DNA of 64,000 bases. Source: a virus. Below the pieces are notes generated by a model, which worked only from the letters and a program-made list of their open reading frames with translations, did not search any database and was not told the DNA's origin. The stretch covers positions 1-64,000 of IMG/VR virus record IMGVR_UViG_3300001683_000016. One strand, written 5' to 3'. This document shows positions 49,808 through 58,076 of this stretch, piece by piece; the first letter of the stretch is position 1; every line of letters starts with the position of its first letter. Both the position numbers and the translations under genes were made by a program.

Positions 49808-50629
49808 TCATGCTACGGCGACCTGCCCGCCAGTTCCTGTACTGGCTTTTGCTCGACCTGCTGATGACAAATCTTCAATTCTTTTCATTTCGGCTTGTTG
49901 TTTGGCTTGATTTTGCTGTTTATGCTGTTCTAGTTGATTAAAACCGTATGCGCCTGTTGCTGACGCTACGCCAATTGGAGTGTTAGTTTTTTGACTATCG
50001 TCGTAATTTTTCTGCGCATCTTGCAATTTTTCATTCATTTTATCGCTTTGTGATTGAGCGGCATTGACATTTTGTTGAGCGATATTTTCGGTTTCATAAG
50101 CATCCATTACTTCGGGTGTAAAAGAGGTTTGACCAGTATCAAAGCCTGTACCTTCTGTTAGTTTGGTAGTTTCCATACTCGGTGTTTCTGTCGCTGCATC
50201 TTCTGCTCTTTGTGATAATTGTCCAAACGGATTATTTTCACCCGATTGAGATTCAAAGCCTGTACCACCATATTGTGTTAAGTCTGCATCTTCACCGGGC
50301 AAATCCGCAAATCTTTTCTTTGCTGCTCCACTTTTATAATTAGGACCGCGAGAATAGGAAACACGCCCTGCTTGTCCAGTCGTCATTGATGCTGTTTGTG
50401 CAGCCTTACTTGCATCGCGTGCAGCCTTCAAACCTTTCCCCGCTTGCGCTGCTTTTCTCCCAGCCAATAATGCTCTACCACCTTGAACTCCGACCATAGC
50501 ACCTCTTGCCGCAGCACCTGCTGCTAGTGAAGCGCCACCCGTAAAAGGTGCAGCCAGTATAGAGGCTGCTGTTAATGCAGTTCCTAATTTACCTTTCACC
50601 ACTAAAACAGAAGGTGTGGCGGCTCCCAT
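49808..50629 (-). CDS. Ala/Gly-rich protein with hydrophobic N-terminal segment
   Basis: Lone minus-strand gene in the plus arm; AAPFTGGASLA segment; start MGAATPSVLVVKG. Confidence 0.65.
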   Translation of the reverse strand: MGAATPSVLVVKGKLGTALTAASILAAPFTGGASLAAGAAARGAMVGVQGGRALLAGRKAAQAGKGLKAARDASKAAQTASMTTGQAGRVSYSRGPNYKSGAAKKRFADLPGEDADLTQYGGTGFESQSGENNPFGQLSQRAEDAATETPSMETTKLTEGTGFDTGQTSFTPEVMDAYETENIAQQNVNAAQSQSDKMNEKLQDAQKNYDDSQKTNTPIGVASATGAYGFNQLEQHKQQNQAKQQAEMKRIEDLSSAGRAKASTGTGGQVAVA

Positions 50630-50789
50630 ACTCCCACCTGTATTGCGGTGATGATGAGTGGTATGGAAAGAAGAAGTTGCAACAACTTGAACCTGCGGAA
50701 AGGGAACCACCACGAATACAGCACGAAGCGTAACATATTAGAAGTATCGCACTAGTAGAGAAGGTGTTAGCAGTACGGCGGAGAGCAAA

Positions 50790-51053
50790 ATGAAACCAAT
50801 AGATGCAGCAATAAAACTTCTAAAATCTACCCCTTCTTCTCAAGTCGCTATGCAACACGATATGCCTTCTTACATGGAAGAAGCGCTAAATCAAAGCGGT
50901 AAAACTCGTTCTGATAGCCGAAAAAAGAAAGACAAGGCTACAAAGTTACGTCAAAAAATAGACGACCATGAAGAAGATTCGCAAATAATTGATTTCTATA
51001 GACAGAATCACCCTGAGTGGTTTGATTCATTTAGAGGTGGCGAAGGTGAGTAA
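50790..51053 (+). CDS. tagged small protein (PIDAAIKLLK)
   Basis: Tag variant at the N-terminus. Confidence 0.65.
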   Translation: MKPIDAAIKLLKSTPSSQVAMQHDMPSYMEEALNQSGKTRSDSRKKKDKATKLRQKIDDHEEDSQIIDFYRQNHPEWFDSFRGGEGE

Positions 51054-51579
51054 ATTGAATAAAAGACCAAAGAAAGGTGTTGCAGTAGTTATTAGCATCG
51101 GTCCTAAAATGAAAACTAAGCCAACGGATGCTGCTACTCCTGAAATGCCAATAAAGAAGTATGGTTCAATGCCAATGAAAAAGGCAATGGCTGTTCTAAA
51201 ACAAAGGGGTAAATATGTACCCACAACTGCTGAAGATGAATATGTTGCATCAAATTCTGAAAATCGACATCATCCTATGAGTAATAGAGAAAAGGATGAG
51301 GCGTGGAAAGAGGCGCAGTTAGATGGAAGATATGATGAAGATTACTATCCCGATGAGGATGAAACACCTATATGGAATGATAATCGACAACCAATCGGTA
51401 AACCTGAGTTTGGTAATGAAGGTGCACGTGAAGCAGAAATGAATCAAGCAGAGCGTGCTGCAATAATGGCAGAAGGTATGCCTGAGGGGCGTAGACCTCG
51501 TATTCCACCTCGAACAGAAGGTTTTGACCCTAATAAGCAAGGTCGAGTGCCAAGAGATATTTTTCAAAATAGAAGGTAA
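51046..51579 (+). CDS. protein with internal tag variant (PMKKAMAVLK)
   Basis: GTG start overlapping the upstream stop. Confidence 0.6.
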   Translation: MSKLNKRPKKGVAVVISIGPKMKTKPTDAATPEMPIKKYGSMPMKKAMAVLKQRGKYVPTTAEDEYVASNSENRHHPMSNREKDEAWKEAQLDGRYDEDYYPDEDETPIWNDNRQPIGKPEFGNEGAREAEMNQAERAAIMAEGMPEGRRPRIPPRTEGFDPNKQGRVPRDIFQNRR

Positions 51580-51583
51580 GTGA

Positions 51584-51811
51584 ATGAGTGCTTTCACAAA
51601 ATCTTGGCTATTTCTCAAAACCGAGCCAATTGATATGCAGCAAGGCTCAGATGGAACTTGGCGTGCACCTCAGGAAGATATAACACCAGAAAAAAAATTG
51701 TGGCAACAAATCCAAGCAAGAAACGCACAGGCTAGGCAAAACTTGCAGAAACCTGCACAAGTAGCACAACCTAAACCTACACCACAACCGGGGTATTCAG
51801 GATGGATGTAA
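51584..51811 (+). CDS. tagged small protein (AFTKSWLFLK)
   Basis: Tag variant. Confidence 0.65.
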   Translation: MSAFTKSWLFLKTEPIDMQQGSDGTWRAPQEDITPEKKLWQQIQARNAQARQNLQKPAQVAQPKPTPQPGYSGWM

Positions 51812-51812
51812 A

Positions 51813-54695
51813 ATGGTATTCAATAAATCTTGGAACTATTTGAAATCAATAAGCGATTGGTCGTCTACTGATAGTTTATATGGTAATGAGTATGAAGATG
51901 AACCTAGTATAGAAAGAAGAAATACTCCAACTATGGATAACTCGTATCAAAAAATCTTACCTCAAGATGACCCAAGATTAGATTATAGAACTGGTTGGAA
52001 AGGTGTAGAACCCGTTAGGGCTATTCGTGTACAATCAAATCATCGAAAGGCAGGTCAACCCGTACCTCAAGACGGCTCTAATATAAATTATGAACAAGGT
52101 GACCCAAAGTTACCGCCAAAGATTCCTGAGATACCTGATGACGATGACCCTGTTTGGGATGACCCCGACTCACGATGGAGTAAAGACCCCAAATCGGGTT
52201 CAAGATATTATATGTCGGGTAAATATGAAGATGGTAAGTATATTTCTCGTAAAAACAAGCATTTTGTTGATTTGAAAAATGCAAAGGCTGGAACTTGGGC
52301 TGCAAACAATACTGTTGGGGATATTAATAATTTATATACTCATAACCAACCTGATAAGTTGGTCTATATTCGTGGGAGTCCCGATAAATATGGTAAAGTA
52401 CACAGAAGGGATAGTGACGAAGCGGATGAAGGTTTAGCAGAAATGTTTATCGAACATAAAAAAGATATTTCACCTGAAAACCTTGTTGAAGTACCGTTAA
52501 AGACTCATTATAGAAACCAAACAAAAGATATGGGTACTCCTGACCTTGGGCATAATAGACGCTCAAAAAGTGATAAAAGCGGGCGAGTTAGTCGTTGGAG
52601 TGATAAACCTGTACCTTGGGGCTACAGCCACAAGAAAAAGGGCGAACCAATGGACATAGCCTTCCAGTTGCTCAAGATGTCTGCTGATGAAGCAGATGAG
52701 TTGGAAGAGCAAATGCTTTCTGATATGGAAAGAGGGACCAGTAATCCACGCTCACGAAGAAAACAGCGAAGTATGGGCGAAAGGGAATCAAAGGCATCTA
52801 TCCATAATTTTCCCGGTTCATCATCTCGTAGAGAAATGTGGGATGAAAAGCAGAAAGAAAGAGACTGGGAACGATGGGGAAAGAGACATGCTGAAGATAA
52901 AGCAATTGCAGGAAAAGACCTACCCTCATATCATGGGTTTGGTAGCGATAGGCTAAGAGAAATCCATCCGGGTGATAGAGGGAACGATTTCTCATCTATG
53001 AAACCGGGAAAATATGAGTTTGACGGTGTAGGTAGGGAAGAAAGACCCATACCTTTTGAGCCGGGTGATAACCTTATGGAGTGGTTACAGCCCGGATACA
53101 ACGAATCTAACAACCTAAGACTATTCAGGGATAAGGATGACTCTAAACATGAGTGGCAACCAAAACCGTGGACAACAAGTGGCCCTATCAATCATGTTCC
53201 CGAAACCCAAGAATGGGTAAACAACCCTTTTGATGAAGAACCAACTTTTCACGGGATACCATTCAATGAAGATACGGGTTTCACAACAGGTGAACCAATG
53301 GACATAGCCTTCCAGTTGCTCAAGGGAAAGACAAGGCAATCTACTCTTTGGGGTTACGACCCAAAAATGGTAGAGAACTTACTCGCAGAAGATAACAGTA
53401 ATATTTTCATCGCCGCTAAACCCGGAAACGATGATATGCCCGATGATGAACAAAATGAGCGTTCGGATAAAATGCTACAAGACCTCGCCGCACTCAAAGA
53501 GGAACATGGTCACTTCGATATAACCAGTGCCACAGGTAGAGCGCAGTGGGACGCAGAACCATCTTTCATGCTCACTAACGTGCCTGATAGTGCAAGGGAT
53601 TCCATTAATGAGATAGCGGAAAGATACGGTCAGGAATCCATGGGAATCTCGGAAAAGGGGGAGAAAGGGGTGAACTACGTTACACCGGAGGGGGAGGTAA
53701 AGGACAAGTTCAGTAGTATGGAGATGCAGGAAAAACCGGAGTACTCTACAGATTTTCCGAGTAGTCAGAGGCTGGCTTTTACGGGTTGGCAGGAAGCAAA
53801 TAAGGCTAATCCAATGCACATAGCCTTCCAGTTGCTCAAGGGTTGGGCAGGTGGTGTTAGAGGTATAGGTAATAATGCCACGGACAACATTTATCATTAT
53901 CCACACGAATTAGATTACGGCGCGATAGACGAATATATGGGTGAGAATCCTGATGCTACTCTCGGTAGTATGGTAACGCCGTATCTACAAGGACAGTTTA
54001 CAAATAATCCTCCTCTCTTTCCAGAATTAAGCACAAATCCGCCAACCTATCAAAGTGAAAGACCTACTCAATTACAAAGCACAGTTCCGGCACCTTTTCC
54101 ACAAACCCCCGAACAATCTAAAGGTGTTCAAAATCTCATTGATGATGGATTTGAAAACTATGAATCTAGAGATAGAACGAGAAAACCCCATTACGATAGC
54201 ATGAATAATGCAGTCAGAGTATTATCTAGAAATTTAAGAAGAAACCCTGCATACAATTTTACGCCGCCGGGACGATTACGAGGCACTAAGGGACAGGGCG
54301 GTAGAAGTAGGCAAATGCAGAACATGAAACTAAGAAGTTTGTTAGATACTCCTGTATCTCAAAGTATGGCAGAGATGAACATACCGAAACAAGGAATACC
54401 AATTGCGGCAGGCGAACCAATGAACATAGCCTTCCAATTGCTCAAAGAGCGCAAGTCACCAGCAGCATTTGCTCACAAGTTAGAGTATGACAAGCAATAT
54501 CAAAAGACACCTAAGCGCGTAAAGTACCGTGAGCAATTAAACGCAGAGCGTAGGAAGCGTGGCATATACGGTAAGGGTGGTGCGGATGTTAGCCACACAC
54601 AAGGTGGTAAACTCACTCTTGAAAGCGCACATGCTAATAGAGCAAGACATTTCAAAAACAAAGGCACTCTCCGCAGGGTCAAGGTGAAAAAATGA
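51813..54695 (+). CDS. tagged five-segment polyprotein (ART-like / unknown / SAM-lyase-like / unknown / HNH-like)
   Basis: N-terminal FNKSWNYLK; internal PMxIAFQLLK at 52641, 53289, 53811 and 54411. Confidence 0.8.
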   Translation: MVFNKSWNYLKSISDWSSTDSLYGNEYEDEPSIERRNTPTMDNSYQKILPQDDPRLDYRTGWKGVEPVRAIRVQSNHRKAGQPVPQDGSNINYEQGDPKLPPKIPEIPDDDDPVWDDPDSRWSKDPKSGSRYYMSGKYEDGKYISRKNKHFVDLKNAKAGTWAANNTVGDINNLYTHNQPDKLVYIRGSPDKYGKVHRRDSDEADEGLAEMFIEHKKDISPENLVEVPLKTHYRNQTKDMGTPDLGHNRRSKSDKSGRVSRWSDKPVPWGYSHKKKGEPMDIAFQLLKMSADEADELEEQMLSDMERGTSNPRSRRKQRSMGERESKASIHNFPGSSSRREMWDEKQKERDWERWGKRHAEDKAIAGKDLPSYHGFGSDRLREIHPGDRGNDFSSMKPGKYEFDGVGREERPIPFEPGDNLMEWLQPGYNESNNLRLFRDKDDSKHEWQPKPWTTSGPINHVPETQEWVNNPFDEEPTFHGIPFNEDTGFTTGEPMDIAFQLLKGKTRQSTLWGYDPKMVENLLAEDNSNIFIAAKPGNDDMPDDEQNERSDKMLQDLAALKEEHGHFDITSATGRAQWDAEPSFMLTNVPDSARDSINEIAERYGQESMGISEKGEKGVNYVTPEGEVKDKFSSMEMQEKPEYSTDFPSSQRLAFTGWQEANKANPMHIAFQLLKGWAGGVRGIGNNATDNIYHYPHELDYGAIDEYMGENPDATLGSMVTPYLQGQFTNNPPLFPELSTNPPTYQSERPTQLQSTVPAPFPQTPEQSKGVQNLIDDGFENYESRDRTRKPHYDSMNNAVRVLSRNLRRNPAYNFTPPGRLRGTKGQGGRSRQMQNMKLRSLLDTPVSQSMAEMNIPKQGIPIAAGEPMNIAFQLLKERKSPAAFAHKLEYDKQYQKTPKRVKYREQLNAERRKRGIYGKGGADVSHTQGGKLTLESAHANRARHFKNKGTLRRVKVKK

Positions 54696-55063
54696 GTAAT
54701 TATCCGTCATACCCAACGACACCTCCTAAAAAATGTGAATATTGTAATGGTGCTGGAATTATTGACCCTTATGGTGATGAAGAGGATGTGGCTCAGGCTG
54801 ACCCAAGATATCCACATGAAACATGTTGGAAGTGCAAAGGAACAGGTATACAGACAGAATGGTCATTTAACCCATATATGCCTTCTTTCCACCCCCCTTC
54901 TTTCCCCCCCCCTTCTTTCCACCCCCCTTCTTACCACGCCCCTCCCCCGTCCAAAATGGAATTAGGAGAGCCAACAATTAATTTTGACCCTGAATGGCAA
55001 GAAATGAATAAAAGTTCTAGTGTTGCATTTTCATTAGCGTGGAACTTACTTAAATCAGAATAA
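54692..55063 (+). CDS. Zn-finger/Pro-repeat protein with C-terminal tag (AFSLAWNLLK)
   Basis: CEYCNGAG, CWKCKGTG; PSFHP repeats. Confidence 0.65.
   Translation: MSNYPSYPTTPPKKCEYCNGAGIIDPYGDEEDVAQADPRYPHETCWKCKGTGIQTEWSFNPYMPSFHPPSFPPPSFHPPSYHAPPPSKMELGEPTINFDPEWQEMNKSSSVAFSLAWNLLKSE
54881..54937 (+). repeat. 15-bp tandem repeat with poly-C (PSFHP, about 4 units)
   Basis: ccttctttccacccc units. Confidence 0.8.
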
Positions 55064-55064
55064 A

Positions 55065-55148
55065 CTGTCCGATAATTCCGATTGTACGTCTATACAAATA
55101 TACATAATATTACTTGTATATAGACAATACATTAGATTATTCGGACAG
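55065..55148. repeat. palindromic element, copy 3 of 3
   Basis: CTGTCCGA..TGTA.GTCTATA...TATAGAC..TACA..TCGGACAG, followed by a TATA-like AACCCTTAAG. Confidence 0.8.
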
Positions 55149-55195
55149 CCAACCCTTAAGATGACCCCCACTGTGGGCTAACACGAGGTCACAGC

Positions 55196-55852
55196 ATGAG
55201 CAGAGATGTAGGGGATACAAACGAAATGAAAATGACAGGGTTGATTTTATCTCAATCGGCCTTAGTTGGATTAGCAATAGGAGTATATAGTTCGGGTTTA
55301 TGGATGCCCGCAGGTTCAAGTGCAAGTTCAACAATAGATGGTATGACTTATGCGATGGGTGCGCTTGCAGTTCAAACAATAGCATATTATTTGTTTAAGA
55401 TGTTCTTTGAACAGTCTATGAAAGAGAAAGTGGAAGTTGCAGAATTACAAAGAAACAGGCAGAATATGTATAGACAGCAGCAAATGGGCTTTGACCAACG
55501 TAGAGTAGATTTAGAATTGAGACAAATGGAACTGCAATTAGAAAACGAATTACGTATGATGCATGAAGACCCTAACAGAGTATTAGATAATAATTTTAAT
55601 AGCGGTGCAGTTAGTGCTGGTGTTCAAGGTGACTATCATAATACCTTCAACCCCGGACTTGTACCTGTGCATGGTGCAAAAAATGAGGTACCAATGAATC
55701 TTGGACTTACTAGTACACAGGAAGCAGTTGACTCAATGGCTCACTCCAATTTACCGCCACGCAGTTTACCTATACCGCCAAGAGACGGACAACCTACAAC
55801 ACAGCGTTTGAAGAAAGATGGTACGCCGGATTTAAGATATAGAGCATCGTGA
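55196..55852 (+). CDS. membrane protein (2 TM plus coiled coil)
   Basis: Two hydrophobic segments, Q/E-rich coil, C-terminal LKKDGTPDLRY. Confidence 0.7.
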   Translation: MSRDVGDTNEMKMTGLILSQSALVGLAIGVYSSGLWMPAGSSASSTIDGMTYAMGALAVQTIAYYLFKMFFEQSMKEKVEVAELQRNRQNMYRQQQMGFDQRRVDLELRQMELQLENELRMMHEDPNRVLDNNFNSGAVSAGVQGDYHNTFNPGLVPVHGAKNEVPMNLGLTSTQEAVDSMAHSNLPPRSLPIPPRDGQPTTQRLKKDGTPDLRYRAS

Positions 55853-55863
55853 GGTAGACCGAT

Positions 55864-56151
55864 ATGGTACTACCCGGACAACTAATTCCCTCTCCGTTGC
55901 GTATATTTCGTAATATTGGTGATGATTCGGTCGAAGAAACTCTTAGAGCAATGCATTTAGCAAATACTGTAGATAATACTTATGAATGGGGACTTGGTTG
56001 GATTAGAACAATAGTCGTATCTATTGTTGCTGTTATGTCTGTGTCTGCTATGGAAGCGAACTCAGATTGGAATCTTTGGGAATTAACAGTAGAATGGTGG
56101 TATCAAAAAGTAGCAGATTTTGGTTCTTGGATTACTAATAAGTTTAGTTGA
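55864..56151 (+). CDS. small membrane protein
   Basis: IRTIVVSIVAVMSVSAM segment and Trp-rich amphipathic tail. Confidence 0.65.
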   Translation: MVLPGQLIPSPLRIFRNIGDDSVEETLRAMHLANTVDNTYEWGLGWIRTIVVSIVAVMSVSAMEANSDWNLWELTVEWWYQKVADFGSWITNKFS

Positions 56152-56162
56152 GTTGATGCTTA

Positions 56163-56879
56163 GTGGTCGCTGCGAGTGGTAGTGTATTAGTAGGCGTGGC
56201 CTTGTATGGTAAACAAGCATACAATAATTGGAAATCTCGAAGAGTAGGGATTTATGGTGCAACTATGGTTGGTAAGACAACTTTAGACAAATATATGACT
56301 ACTCCGGGCGAAATGGAAGAAATACCTGAACATGAAAGAACCACGCATTTTAAGTTGGTTACTCGCTATATACTTCCTAAACCTACTCGTAAAAGAGTTC
56401 GCTGGGAAGGTGAAAGGAGGGTTATTCATTCTGCCGACATAGGTGGCGAAGAGCGTTTTTGGAATCTTTGGATTGATGATATGGTAACTAGACAATGTGA
56501 ATACGTTATATTCATGTTTGATGATAGAGCGTTTCAAGGAGGGGATGAGGCTTTACAGCAAGTAGGAGGTTTTAGATTCTTAGTTGATAGTATAATAAAT
56601 AGAAATTATAGGTATAGAAACTGGAAGAGTTGGAGAAGGGGTAAGAGGTATGTGCCTAAGATGATATTACTAGTTGCAAATAAAGCAGATAGATATTTTG
56701 ATGCTAAAGCGGCACAGTTATGGAGAGAGGGTAGAATTGGAGAACATAAGATATTTGACCCTTTTAGAGAAGACCTAATTAGATTACAAAAAGCAGGTGT
56801 ACCAACGCGCCGTTCATTCATGGCAACACGTATAGGGTGGAACGTTGAGAACACATTATTAGAGATGATAGATTACTGA
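56163..56879 (+). CDS. Ras-superfamily (Arf/Rab-like) small GTPase
   Basis: G1 GATMVGKTT, G2-like RTT, G3 DIGG, VIFMFD, G4 NKAD, G5-like MATR.G.NV. Confidence 0.85.
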   Translation: MVAASGSVLVGVALYGKQAYNNWKSRRVGIYGATMVGKTTLDKYMTTPGEMEEIPEHERTTHFKLVTRYILPKPTRKRVRWEGERRVIHSADIGGEERFWNLWIDDMVTRQCEYVIFMFDDRAFQGGDEALQQVGGFRFLVDSIINRNYRYRNWKSWRRGKRYVPKMILLVANKADRYFDAKAAQLWREGRIGEHKIFDPFREDLIRLQKAGVPTRRSFMATRIGWNVENTLLEMIDY

Positions 56880-56922
56880 CCTCAAAAGTGACCTTTTTAA
56901 TGTGGTAGGGTGTGGGAACGAC

Positions 56923-57102
56923 ATGGCGAAGGGGGCGACGACGACTGCATTAGTTTCCACAGGAGGCTCTAGTAATTCACTTAGAACTACTATACCTATG
57001 TGGATTGTGGAACAATTTGGTTTGTCTGCTGGCTCTAAAATAGAATGGACTTTAGAAGTTAAAAATGGGGAAATGTCTATTTCAGTATGCCCACAGGAGT
57101 GA
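56923..57102 (+). CDS. AbrB/SpoVT-type DNA-binding protein
   Basis: SLRTTIPMWIVEQFGLSAGSKIEW. Confidence 0.8.
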   Translation: MAKGATTTALVSTGGSSNSLRTTIPMWIVEQFGLSAGSKIEWTLEVKNGEMSISVCPQE

Positions 57103-57107
57103 TATAT

Positions 57108-58076
57108 ATGGTAATGGGTATGAATCCTTTTAATAATTCGCAACAACCAAATCTTGGGCAAGTAAACGACGCTACATTAATGGCATTATCTCAACAAGGA
57201 AATCCGAATTTCTCTCATGCTGCCCTATTAGAACAAGCATCAGCACAACAGCAAATGCAAAGGATGGCAACAGAAAAAAATATAGAAGTACCTAAGGTAA
57301 ACTTTTATCCTTCTCGTCATGCTAATCCATATAAAGCAAGAAAACAAGATATTAATCAAGCATACAAACTCTTGGCTCCTACAAAACGTGCTTTTTTTGA
57401 CCCTAGGAGATTATTTCGCCATAGTAAATATATGTATAATAAAGATACTGCTGTGTGTTGTGTAGATGGTTGTAATGTAAAACAATTAATACAACACGAT
57501 AATCTGTATGCTAGAATAACTGATGAAGAAAGTGGTAGAACACTTTGGGATATGTATTGGCAGAATCCAGTTACTGGAGAGCCTGAAGCGTTTATTGCTA
57601 GAGAGGGCGTAACTAGCGGTCGTAAAATGAGGGCTACATATTGTCCTGAGCATTTACATTTGTATCATTTGTTATGTAGGTGGGAGGACCAACAAGATGT
57701 TGAAGATGAAATGAAACCTAGTCGCTTCCGTGATAAAATAAAAAGAGGAGTTAGTATAGTCACAGTACCGATATCCACTGTCACTGGTGTTGATACAGGA
57801 CCATCTCACCCCATGATTACAAAATACGAAAGTTTCTTTGCTGAAATATCAGCAGATGCTAGAGGTAGTAACGGTATTAGTATGCAACATTATACTAATC
57901 CGGTTACTGGAGATAACGATATAACAACTATAACATTTGATATGAGAATGTTCCAAAAAGAATTAATGGAAATGAATCAGCCAAATCCAGCGTTTCAGGA
58001 TATTCTAAACCAACAGGCTCAAGTTCTCGCCCCCGCTCCGACGATACCGGAAGCAGTAATGGAGGGTATGCAATGA
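57108..58076 (+). CDS. hypothetical protein (Cys/His motifs, Q-rich ends)
   Basis: CCVDGC...YCPEHLH. Confidence 0.7.
   Translation: MVMGMNPFNNSQQPNLGQVNDATLMALSQQGNPNFSHAALLEQASAQQQMQRMATEKNIEVPKVNFYPSRHANPYKARKQDINQAYKLLAPTKRAFFDPRRLFRHSKYMYNKDTAVCCVDGCNVKQLIQHDNLYARITDEESGRTLWDMYWQNPVTGEPEAFIAREGVTSGRKMRATYCPEHLHLYHLLCRWEDQQDVEDEMKPSRFRDKIKRGVSIVTVPISTVTGVDTGPSHPMITKYESFFAEISADARGSNGISMQHYTNPVTGDNDITTITFDMRMFQKELMEMNQPNPAFQDILNQQAQVLAPAPTIPEAVMEGMQ

Noticed and set aside
45552-54446. 36-bp repeats as a CRISPR or mini-CRISPR array
   Set aside because: The repeats are in-frame coding sequence spaced hundreds of bp apart, and there is no cas operon
36440-54695. Diversity-generating retroelement or integron explaining the repeats
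   Set aside because: No reverse transcriptase or tyrosine recombinase recognised in the window, and no adenine-specific mismatch pattern
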